This document shows positions 38,400 through 46,142 of a stretch of 61,123 nucleotides of DNA, piece after piece; position 1 is the first letter of the stretch; each line of letters starts with the position of its first letter. The translations under genes and the position numbers were made by a program. The notes beneath the pieces were generated by a model that made no database searches, was not told the origin of the DNA, and saw nothing but the letters and a program-made list of their open reading frames with translations. The stretch comes from Clostridia bacterium. Lineage in GTDB: Bacteria > Bacillota > Clostridia > UMGS1810. The DNA is taken from the NCBI GenBank assembly GCA_016293435.1, contig JAEDEG010000001.1, forward strand, positions 1-61,123, read 5' to 3'.

Positions 38400-39521
38400 A
38401 TGGTTGTTCCACTAACCCCATATGTCCCCGATTTTATAACAGTTCATCTTGGTGCTCCCGACGAGGATGCGCAAAATGTTATCGTCAGCTTTCCCGACTA
38501 CATAAAAAATGTTGCTTCAAGCGAAATATATCCAACTTGGTCGGATGCCGCAATTTACGCCAACATCTACGCTCAGATTTCATACGCATTAAACAGGGTT
38601 TACACAGAGTTTTATCGAAGCAGGGGGTACGATTTTAATATAACATCTTCAACTGCATATGACCAGAAATTTATATATGGCAGAAATACTTTTGAAAATA
38701 TAGACAGAATAGTCGACGATATTTTTACATCCTATATCAGACGAATCGGAAATGTTGAACCACTTGCTGCAAAGTACTGTAATGGAACAACGGTTACTTG
38801 TGAGGGATTATCGCAGTGGGGGAGTGAAGAACTTGCCAAACAGGGATATAGCTCTATTGACATTCTTAAATATTATTACGGAGATAATATAGAAATTGTC
38901 AACAATGCCCCCATAGCAGGTATAGTATCATTATATCCCGGCAGGCCCTACAAAATCGGAGACACCGGCGGCAGTGTTGTAATAATTCAGCAAAGCCTAA
39001 ATGAAATTTCAAACGACTATCCTCTTATTCCGAAAATATCACCGGTCGACGGAATATTTGGAGAAAATACCGAAAATGCAGTAAAGGTTTTCCAGGAGAT
39101 TTTTGACTTGACACCTGACGGAATAGTGGGGAGAGCAACCTGGAACAAAATGATAATGCTTTATGTGGGTATTAAAAATTTAGCAGAACTTGTTTCAGAA
39201 GGTCAGGATTATCCAAGCTTTAAACTTGAATTTCCCGAAAATCTGACTATCGGAGCAGTTGGACCGAGAGTTTCCAGCTTGCAATACTATTTACTTATAA
39301 TATCCAAATTTGACCCGAGAGTAACATCAGTTCCGGTCACCGGAGAATTTGGACAGTTGACTGCAAATGCATTAAAACAGTTCCAAATGGCATACGATTT
39401 GCCGGTCACGGGAATTTTGGATAATGCCACTTGGGATAAAATATACGATACTTATACATCGATTATGAATGTTGTACTCACAGATAGCTATAAATTTCAG
39501 AATAATATAACAAATAGTTAA
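38400..39521 (+). CDS. SleC-like spore cortex-lytic enzyme core with two PG_binding_1 repeats
   Basis: VPDFITVHLGAPDEDAQNVIVSFPDYIKNVASSEIYPTWSDAAIYANIYAQISYALNRVYTEFYRSRGYDFNITSSTAYDQKF...GLSQWGSEELAKQGYSSIDILKYYYG. The PG-binding repeats are DGIFGENTENAVKVFQEIFDLTPDGIVGRATW and GEFGQLTANALKQFQMAYDLPVTGILDNATW. A GGAGG lies between the upstream stop and this ATG. Confidence 0.8.
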   Translation: MVVPLTPYVPDFITVHLGAPDEDAQNVIVSFPDYIKNVASSEIYPTWSDAAIYANIYAQISYALNRVYTEFYRSRGYDFNITSSTAYDQKFIYGRNTFENIDRIVDDIFTSYIRRIGNVEPLAAKYCNGTTVTCEGLSQWGSEELAKQGYSSIDILKYYYGDNIEIVNNAPIAGIVSLYPGRPYKIGDTGGSVVIIQQSLNEISNDYPLIPKISPVDGIFGENTENAVKVFQEIFDLTPDGIVGRATWNKMIMLYVGIKNLAELVSEGQDYPSFKLEFPENLTIGAVGPRVSSLQYYLLIISKFDPRVTSVPVTGEFGQLTANALKQFQMAYDLPVTGILDNATWDKIYDTYTSIMNVVLTDSYKFQNNITNS

Positions 39522-39639
39522 TATAACTAAATTAAGATTTCCTCCGCCTCTATAGGCGGCGGATGACATTTAATTTTTTCAGCGGGAGTTCAATCTCCCA
39601 CTGAAAACGTTGAATGACGCGGCTTTGCCGCTTATTGAA
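39520..39639. repeat. Copy A of a roughly 120 bp direct repeat (degenerate terminator hairpin, a second hairpin and a 3' tail)
   Basis: Direct repeat of 42083-42203. The first 19 nt are identical. The middle 32/33 nt hairpin has diverged. The last 69 nt are identical except C39583 versus T42147. Confidence 0.9.
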
Positions 39640-39666
39640 AATTTATATAAGACAGAGGTGTGCTCA

Positions 39667-39999
39667 TTGTACAATAGTGTTTCTAATCCCAACAAAGAAA
39701 ATTATATCAGACATATAAACTTATATCCCGAATCCGGGCTTGATACAGACAAAATAAGTTATTATCATACACTTATTACAATACAATCAATGATTTCTGC
39801 ACTCTCAAAGATTTTCACGAATATTCCCGATGTACTTATAACCGGTATAGACGATGAAAATACTAAAGAGGGAGTAAAAGCTATACAGATCATTTTAGGT
39901 TCTAATCCCGACGGAATAATTACACAAATTTTCTGGAACTCCCTTTCAAGTATATACGAAGCATTTGTTTCGGTTGACCGCGCAACAAACAGACGTTAA
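39667..39999 (+). CDS. Small protein with a PG_binding_1-like C-terminal half
   Basis: TGIDDENTKEGVKAIQIILGSNPDGIITQIFWNSL resembles peptidoglycan-binding repeats. The TTG at 39667 follows AGAGGTG by 6 nt. The track start (TTG at 39610) lies inside the non-coding repeat, so the true start is uncertain. Confidence 0.5.
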   Translation: MYNSVSNPNKENYIRHINLYPESGLDTDKISYYHTLITIQSMISALSKIFTNIPDVLITGIDDENTKEGVKAIQIILGSNPDGIITQIFWNSLSSIYEAFVSVDRATNRR

Positions 40000-40109
40000 C
40001 TTATTACATATTAATAATAATTATATTACAGTTTGATATCTGCTATTGAAAAAATAAAGTACTTATGTTAATGTTGTATTGTATGAATTGGTTTACGGAG
40101 GACAATAAT

Positions 40110-42077
40110 TTGAAAAAGAACCTTATATTTATGTTTTTTATAATAAATATAATTTCGACGGCGGTATGCGCACGCGGAGATAATTCTGTATATACGTTAT
40201 ATGTGAACGGTGTGCGTTTTGAAGCTGTTTTATATACTTGTAATGAATCGGATGATTTATATATTACTCCTCAAGATGCTTCAGCAGTATTCGCTCTAAC
40301 CCTAAGTGCTGATACTTACGGTAACATCTATACATTTTCAAACAAACTTCGTACAGTTACATATGATACACTTACCGGTTCTGTCAATATAAGTGACAGA
40401 AATTCATTTTTGTATGATGTTGTCGAAAATGCGTTTCCTTCATTAAAAAATGGTAAAACATCGTATATCCCGCTTAGTATGATATGCAATGCGTTGAACT
40501 TTAATTGTCATGTTTTAAAGGGAGATAATACTGTTCATATTTCCGGTATTAAAGATTGCGTAGGCTTATTTAATTCAGAAGGCGTAGCAATTGCACATAA
40601 AGGAAATAAATACGGTCTTGTAAACAGAAATGGCGATATAATTCTTCGATTCTGCTACGATGCAATTTCTAATTACGATAATCCCACTATTTTTAAGCTT
40701 ACATATAATCATCGCTGTGGTTTGGTTAATTCTGCCGGTGATTTTATAACCGATATTGTTTATAATGAAATAATATATGAGTCACCTTCGCGAATTTACC
40801 TTGAAAAAGATGGGTTTAAGGGAATGTGTGACATAAACGGATATATGATTATTCCGACTGTATTTGACGATGTATCATATTGCGACAATAACATTGCCAT
40901 GGTAAAAAATGGTGAATACTGGCATTTATATAACTGCAATTCAGACCAACTTTATTCAGAGACGTATGATGAAGTATACAAAATTACCGCCGGAGTTCAG
41001 TCAGATAACCCTATGATAAAAGGCTATTATGTTCGAAAAGGAGAAAAATGGGGATGCATTGACAGCTTTGGAAACACTGTAATAGATTTAAAGTATGAAG
41101 CTCTCGATAAGTTTGATATCAATGGAAGAGCAAGGATTATCTATGACGGCAAATTTGGTATTATAGATTGTGGCGGAAAAATTATAATTCCACCGGCTTT
41201 CGATTATCTTGATTCATTTGGATCATCCGATATCACTGTTGCAATGATTGGAAATAAATACGGTATTTTAAAAGATGATTTTTCAGTGCTTGCTTCATTC
41301 GAATATGATTATATTTATCCTTTCAATGGAGAAAAATCCTCTATTGCATACAAGGATGGCAAATATGCTATTATATCTTCATCCGGGAGTCTTCTTACCG
41401 AGATGAAATATACACATATGGAGGAGTTCAAAAATGGCCTTTCCTTGTCTTATGATAGGGGATATGGTTACGTTGACCATGACGGCAAAGAGATAATACA
41501 ATGTATTCATGACGACGTAAAGCAAGGCACCGCGCTTTCGGTTTTTTTAAAAAAAGATGGAAAGTGGGCTTTGTTTGCACACAACGGCGATAACCTGACT
41601 GACTTTTGCTATTTGTCAGCCGGGAAATTTTCCAATGGACTATCGGCAGTGTCGGTAATGACTGAGCAAGGCGAAAGATACGGATATGTTAATGATTCGG
41701 GTGATGTGGTTATTCCGCTTATTTATACTTCAGCTCTTGAGTTCAAATACGGCAAGGCTATAGTTTCTAATGGTAAATACAGCGGAATTATTGATGTCGA
41801 AAACAGAACAATTATTCCGTTTGTTTATACAGGCTTTAATCCGTCATATGATTATAACGTTATCGCTGCAGCCAATGATTCAAGCAGATGGGGACTTATT
41901 TCCTTTAATAATGACCAGCTTTGTGAATTTAAGTATGACTATATTTTCGAATTTGTTGACGGATATGCATATACTCTAAAAAACAATATGTACGGTATAA
42001 TAGATATACACGGTCATGAGCTTGCTGATACTGTTTATAGTTCCATGGAAAAAGCGTACAATCACGCATTTTCTTAA
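40110..42077 (+). CDS. Secreted WG-repeat (KWG-type) protein with an N-terminal copper-amine-oxidase-N-like domain
   Basis: The TTG at 40110 lies 6 nt after GGAGGA. Signal-like KKNLIFMFFIINIISTAVCA. At least 10 repeats of the type YG(L/I/Y)(V/I)(N/D)..G..(I/V)IP..Y, for example WGCIDSFGNTVIDLKYEAL and YGYVNDSGDVVIPLIYTSA. Confidence 0.8.
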   Translation: MKKNLIFMFFIINIISTAVCARGDNSVYTLYVNGVRFEAVLYTCNESDDLYITPQDASAVFALTLSADTYGNIYTFSNKLRTVTYDTLTGSVNISDRNSFLYDVVENAFPSLKNGKTSYIPLSMICNALNFNCHVLKGDNTVHISGIKDCVGLFNSEGVAIAHKGNKYGLVNRNGDIILRFCYDAISNYDNPTIFKLTYNHRCGLVNSAGDFITDIVYNEIIYESPSRIYLEKDGFKGMCDINGYMIIPTVFDDVSYCDNNIAMVKNGEYWHLYNCNSDQLYSETYDEVYKITAGVQSDNPMIKGYYVRKGEKWGCIDSFGNTVIDLKYEALDKFDINGRARIIYDGKFGIIDCGGKIIIPPAFDYLDSFGSSDITVAMIGNKYGILKDDFSVLASFEYDYIYPFNGEKSSIAYKDGKYAIISSSGSLLTEMKYTHMEEFKNGLSLSYDRGYGYVDHDGKEIIQCIHDDVKQGTALSVFLKKDGKWALFAHNGDNLTDFCYLSAGKFSNGLSAVSVMTEQGERYGYVNDSGDVVIPLIYTSALEFKYGKAIVSNGKYSGIIDVENRTIIPFVYTGFNPSYDYNVIAAANDSSRWGLISFNNDQLCEFKYDYIFEFVDGYAYTLKNNMYGIIDIHGHELADTVYSSMEKAYNHAFS

Positions 42078-42082
42078 AGTAA

Positions 42083-42203
42083 AATATAACTAAATTAAGA
42101 TGTCACTCGCCTCTATAGGCGGCGGGTGACATCTTAATTTTTTCAGTGGGAGTTCAATCTCCCACTGAAAACGTTGAATGACGCGGCTTTGCCGCTTATT
42201 GAA
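42083..42203. repeat. Copy B of the roughly 120 bp direct repeat; it abuts the stop codon of the tyrosine recombinase gene
   Basis: See copy A. The offset between copies is 2563-2564 nt. This copy contains the intact long hairpin and the 13 bp hairpin TTTTCAGTGGGAG/CTCCCACTGAAAA. Confidence 0.9.
42092..42143. terminator. Strong bidirectional intrinsic terminator between the WG-repeat gene and the convergent recombinase gene
   Basis: AAATTAAGATGTCACTCGCC pairs with GGCGGGTGACATCTTAATTT (about 20 bp, one G-T wobble), flanked by an A-run and a T-run. Confidence 0.8.
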
Positions 42204-43199
42204 TTATGTATTATCAGATAAATCTAATGAATTCAGCGGATTATTGTCTGCAGCTTTTTTCATATCGCTGTCATTTATATGTGTGTATATCTGTGTTGTA
42301 GAAATACTGACATGTCCAAGTATTTCCTGCAATGTTTTTATATCTACATTACCTTCTTTATACATAATTGTGGCTGCTGTGTGTCTGAGTTTATGTGGTG
42401 AAAATCTGCTTTCATCTATGTTAGCGGCCTTAAAATACTTTTTTGCAAGTAATTCAACCATTCTGTTAGAAATTCTTCTGTTTTTGTTACTTATAAACAA
42501 AGCATCTTTATCTGTACTGTTAACATCGGTTGGTCGGACATTCATGTAAGATTTTATTGCTTTGATACAAACATCATTCAGAAATACGATTCTTTCTTTA
42601 TTACCTTTGCCGATTATTCTAAGAGTTTTTTTGTTAAAATTTATATTGCTTATATTTATACCGACCAACTCTGACAAACGTAATCCGCAATTTAAAAAAA
42701 TGACAAAAATAGCCACGTCGCGTTCTTTGAATTTTCCATCAATTGATTTTAATAAATTAACACTTTCTTCTAAAGTCAGAAATCGGGGTAATCTTTTTTT
42801 TAGTTTGGGAGTGTCAAGATTTATTGCAGGGTTTGAATCTATAAAATTTATTTTGGTGCTTAAATAGTTATAGAATGATCTTAAACTCGAAACCTTACGA
42901 GCTTTATAACTATCGTTTGATGATTTAAAATTATTTACATAAGTCATAAATTCATATAAATCATTTAACGTAGTTTGCTTTAATATATTTTCATCAAAAT
43001 TTACAAGATCAATTTTATCCAGATTTAAAATATCCAAATCATTAGACACTGCATGGATGTATTTGAAAAACATCCTTAAATCATAGTAATATTCTTTTAC
43101 GGTATTATCAGAGCGTCCTTTGATTACAGACATATAGTTTAGATATGTCCTTAAAATATCCGGAACATCTGAATATGGAGTTTTTTTGTTTTTTAACAT
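42204..43199 (-). CDS. Tyrosine site-specific recombinase, XerC/XerD-like family
   Basis: The N-terminal SAM-like domain contains TVKEYYYDLRMFFKY. Catalytic signature: GLRLSEL (Arg), HKLRHTAAT (His-x-x-Arg) and LGHVSISTTQIYTH (His...Tyr). Confidence 0.85.
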   Translation of the reverse strand: MLKNKKTPYSDVPDILRTYLNYMSVIKGRSDNTVKEYYYDLRMFFKYIHAVSNDLDILNLDKIDLVNFDENILKQTTLNDLYEFMTYVNNFKSSNDSYKARKVSSLRSFYNYLSTKINFIDSNPAINLDTPKLKKRLPRFLTLEESVNLLKSIDGKFKERDVAIFVIFLNCGLRLSELVGINISNINFNKKTLRIIGKGNKERIVFLNDVCIKAIKSYMNVRPTDVNSTDKDALFISNKNRRISNRMVELLAKKYFKAANIDESRFSPHKLRHTAATIMYKEGNVDIKTLQEILGHVSISTTQIYTHINDSDMKKAADNNPLNSLDLSDNT

Positions 43200-43211
43200 A
43201 TTCCTTCTCCC

Positions 43212-43243
43212 TCATTTCGCAAAATTTTAATTTTGCGAAATGA
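43212..43243. promoter_or_regulatory. Perfect 14 bp inverted repeat immediately upstream of the recombinase RBS
   Basis: TCATTTCGCAAAAT (43212-43225) pairs with ATTTTGCGAAATGA (43230-43243) across a 4 nt spacer. On the minus strand it is followed directly by GGGAGAAGGAAT ATG. Confidence 0.5.
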
Positions 43244-43261
43244 ACATTCGAATTACAATTA

Positions 43262-43840
43262 TCACCTTTTGCAAATAAATATATCCATATCAGTAATTAT
43301 CATATCCATTTTTTCATCATGTAAATCGGCATTTAGTACTTCATGATATATCTGTTCAGAATAACACAGACCGATTATAACGGGTTTATAATTTAATGAT
43401 TTTATAAATTTATCATAATATCCTTTGCCGTATCCAATACGATTTCCTTTTTTATCAAATACAATTCCCGGTGCAACAATTAGATCTAATCTGTTGGGCA
43501 TTTCAATAAAATGATTTGAAGATTCTTTTATCCCATAAATGTTTTCTGTGTACACATCTGTTGAGTTATATTTGGCTGCCTTCATAGTCTCGTTATGGAT
43601 GTTGCATATTGGCAAATAAACATTAATTTTTTCAGCCACAAGCTTAGATATTATATCCCCCGTCATTACTTCGCTTGAAAATGAATTGTAAATAAAAATA
43701 TTGGTATATTTTTTCCTTCTTATTATCTCGATTAATTTATCGCTGATAACTTTTGATTTTAATACACGTTGGTTCTGCATGATTGAATTTCGAATATTTT
43801 TAAATTTTGAACGTAATTCGGATTTTGAACTAACAGTCAT
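43262..43840 (-). CDS. 5-formyltetrahydrofolate cyclo-ligase
   Basis: KSELRSKFKNIRNSI and GNRIGYGKGYYDKF are hallmarks of the MTHFS family. Confidence 0.85.
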   Translation of the reverse strand: MTVSSKSELRSKFKNIRNSIMQNQRVLKSKVISDKLIEIIRRKKYTNIFIYNSFSSEVMTGDIISKLVAEKINVYLPICNIHNETMKAAKYNSTDVYTENIYGIKESSNHFIEMPNRLDLIVAPGIVFDKKGNRIGYGKGYYDKFIKSLNYKPVIIGLCYSEQIYHEVLNADLHDEKMDMIITDMDIFICKR

Positions 43841-44375
43841 ATAACATAGCTTCCCTTGTTCTATCGGCAGTGTTTTTATCTTTCAAAATACTTAAAATTG
43901 CAAAAGCAAAATCATGCGCAGTTCCTGCACCTCTTGAGGTTATAACATTGTCAGATATGCATACACGTTCATTGGATAATATTGCGCCCTTCAGATGGGT
44001 TTCATATGATGGATAACAGGTTGCCTGCTTACCTTTCAAAAAACCCAGTTCTCCACATATTATTGGAGCTGCACAAATTGCTGCAATATATTTTTTATCT
44101 TTGTATGCTTCTATTAATATTTTTTCGAGTCTTTTGTTTTTTTGTAAATTTATTGTTCCGGGCATACCACCGGGCAGAATAATAAAATCACAATTCGTAT
44201 AATCAAAGTCCGAAAGTTTGATATCTGTTTTTACAGTGATATTATGTGATCCCGTTGCATAGTCGTTATCAATAACCGAAACGGTTTGTACATCAAGACC
44301 ACCTCTTCTTAATATATCAACTACAGCCAGAGCTTCTATTTCCTCGAATCCGTCAGCTAACATTATATAAATCAT
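43830..44375 (-). CDS. DJ-1/PfpI family protein
   Basis: MLADGFEEIEALAVVDILRRGG and the nucleophile elbow AAICAAP. Start trimmed to the ATG at 44375. Confidence 0.85.
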   Translation of the reverse strand: MIYIMLADGFEEIEALAVVDILRRGGLDVQTVSVIDNDYATGSHNITVKTDIKLSDFDYTNCDFIILPGGMPGTINLQKNKRLEKILIEAYKDKKYIAAICAAPIICGELGFLKGKQATCYPSYETHLKGAILSNERVCISDNVITSRGAGTAHDFAFAILSILKDKNTADRTREAMLYDC

Positions 44376-44441
44376 AAATCTTTCCCCTTTTTGCATTTAC
44401 AAATTTTATTCTGTACTTTTTAATATATGTTTTACACCGCT

Positions 44442-45335
44442 TTAATGTATTAAAAATCCCCTGTCTGCCATGCTTACAAATCGTTCACCTCCACATACGA
44501 TATGGTCTATCAACATTATTCCTGCTGTTTTTAGGCTTTCGGCAAGGACTTTGGTATTATGTATATCATTATTTGAAGGGTTTGGGTTTTTATTTGGGTG
44601 ATTATGAGCGAGTATCACTTTAGTACCGCGATGTTTAATTATAGATTTTATAATTTTTCGCGGATAAAATCCTGTTTCGGTTTCGCTACCTTCGCTTATA
44701 ACCTCAATTACCTTCGCTGCTTGATTTTCGTCTAAAATAATTACAATTGAATTTTCCTCAACATGACTTGCAAAGTAATCACAACAAAATTTGCCAGCCT
44801 TATGTGCAGTGTTTAATAATTCGCCTTCTTTGTTTGTTGTTCTCAAATATTGAGAAATTTGGCGAAATAAGCTTATTAAACCGGCAGATACTTCACTTAT
44901 TCCATTGACTTCCATCAAATCATAGTATTCAGCATTAAAAACTCCTTCTAATGAGCCAAAATGTTCAATCAAACGATGAGCTATTTCATTGGTATCCTTT
45001 AGAGGTATTGAATGAAATAGCAAAAATTCTAATACTTCATACTCGCTAAAGCAACTTAGGCCAAATTTGAAGAATTTATCTCTGACTCTTTTTCGGTGAT
45101 CTTTGTGAATTGATTTTATTTTCGAATTTGATTTTTTGGTTTTGTTTGAAGACTCTGTTTTCATTTTCGTTCCGGCGTTTGCATCATTCTTAGTTTCATT
45201 TGCTAAAGATTCCATATTGGTTGGCATGAATGAAAATTCGCCGGGCTCATCATACAGTGATTTGCCATTTAAATTGAATGCTTCAAAAAATGAAATATCA
45301 TTTTCTTCGCTGTCTTCATTGTATTTATATATCAT
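44442..45335 (-). CDS. radC: RadC-family JAB-domain protein with a roughly 75 aa low-complexity N-terminal extension
   Basis: HRKRVRDKF...HhH-like region...ILAHNHPNKNPNPSNNDIHNT (JAMM-like motif). The start is uncertain, because internal Met codons could give a canonical-length product. Confidence 0.8.
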   Translation of the reverse strand: MIYKYNEDSEENDISFFEAFNLNGKSLYDEPGEFSFMPTNMESLANETKNDANAGTKMKTESSNKTKKSNSKIKSIHKDHRKRVRDKFFKFGLSCFSEYEVLEFLLFHSIPLKDTNEIAHRLIEHFGSLEGVFNAEYYDLMEVNGISEVSAGLISLFRQISQYLRTTNKEGELLNTAHKAGKFCCDYFASHVEENSIVIILDENQAAKVIEVISEGSETETGFYPRKIIKSIIKHRGTKVILAHNHPNKNPNPSNNDIHNTKVLAESLKTAGIMLIDHIVCGGERFVSMADRGFLIH

Positions 45336-45338
45336 TTT

Positions 45339-46142
45339 TTACACATCCATTCTATGAGAACTATCGGTAACGCTATTGATGATTTCTTCATCTACCAAAT
45401 TATGAGGTGAATTTTCTTTTTTTAAAAGCAAAAGGAATTCTATATTCCCTTCGGGACCTTTTATCGGCGAATAGCTTAAATTTTCTACCGAAAACCCCAA
45501 GTTGTATGAAAAGTCAACTATATCAGATATTACATTTCTGTGAATCTGTATATCTCTAACAACCCCTTTTTTTCCAACTTGATCACGTCCTGCTTCGAAT
45601 TGTGGTTTTATAAGGGCGACAACATTTCCGGTGAGGTTGAGAAGCTTGAATGCAACCGGCAATACAAGTTTTAATGAAATAAAGGCTACATCTATTGAAA
45701 TAAAATCTATTTCATCTTCAATTTTATCAAAATCTATATATCTGATATTTGTTCTTTCCATATTAATAACTCTTAAATCATTTCTAAGCTTCCAGGCTAA
45801 TTGACCATATCCGACATCAACTGCATACACTTTTGATGCACCGTTTTGTAGCATACAGTCAGTAAATCCACCGGTAGACGCACCAATATCCATGCAAATG
45901 GATTGTTCTAAATTCAAGTGAAATATATGAACGGCCTTATCGAGTTTTAAGCCTCCCCTACTTACAAACGGAAGTTTTTGGCCTCTTATTTCTATATTTT
46001 CTCCCTCTTTAATTTTATCTCCTGCTTTCAAAGCTTTTTGCCCATTTACATATACTATTCCTGACATAATAAGAGCCTTGGCTTTTTCTCTGCTTTCTAC
46101 CAAACCTCTGTTAACCATTTCAACATCTACTCTTAAATTCAT
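45339..46142 (-). CDS. tlyA: TlyA-family rRNA 2'-O-methyltransferase (S4 domain plus FtsJ-like MTase)
   Basis: RVDVEMVNRGLVESREKAKALIMSG, FVSRGGLKLDKA and DIGASTGGFTDCMLQNGASKVYAVDVGYGQLAWKLR. Confidence 0.9.
   Translation of the reverse strand: MNLRVDVEMVNRGLVESREKAKALIMSGIVYVNGQKALKAGDKIKEGENIEIRGQKLPFVSRGGLKLDKAVHIFHLNLEQSICMDIGASTGGFTDCMLQNGASKVYAVDVGYGQLAWKLRNDLRVINMERTNIRYIDFDKIEDEIDFISIDVAFISLKLVLPVAFKLLNLTGNVVALIKPQFEAGRDQVGKKGVVRDIQIHRNVISDIVDFSYNLGFSVENLSYSPIKGPEGNIEFLLLLKKENSPHNLVDEEIINSVTDSSHRMDV

Noticed and set aside
39610-39666. TTG at 39610 as the start of the small PG-binding-like gene.
   Set aside because: The TTG and the following 30 nt belong to the non-coding direct repeat, and the identical sequence at 42178 is antisense to a real gene. 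A better RBS/start pair exists at 39654-39669. The true start remains uncertain.
39520-42203. Reading the 120 bp repeats as integron attC sites. They contain a GTTGAAT core-like heptamer and an ATATAAC inverse-core-like heptamer, and an adjacent tyrosine recombinase could then be IntI.
   Set aside because: The repeats sit at the 3' end of a convergent recombinase gene rather than upstream of it next to an attI/Pc region. The internal structure is two independent hairpins (one an ordinary terminator) rather than a single R''-L''/L'-R' bulged hairpin. The heptamers are only partly complementary. The recombinase looks like a generic Xer-type protein.
42178-42549. Track ORF of 123 aa on the plus strand, starting at a TTG inside repeat copy B.
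   Set aside because: It is entirely antisense to the well-supported tyrosine recombinase gene and has a low-complexity hydrophobic translation. Its TTG start is the same repeat-internal TTG that produces the doubtful 39610 start. It is a shadow ORF.
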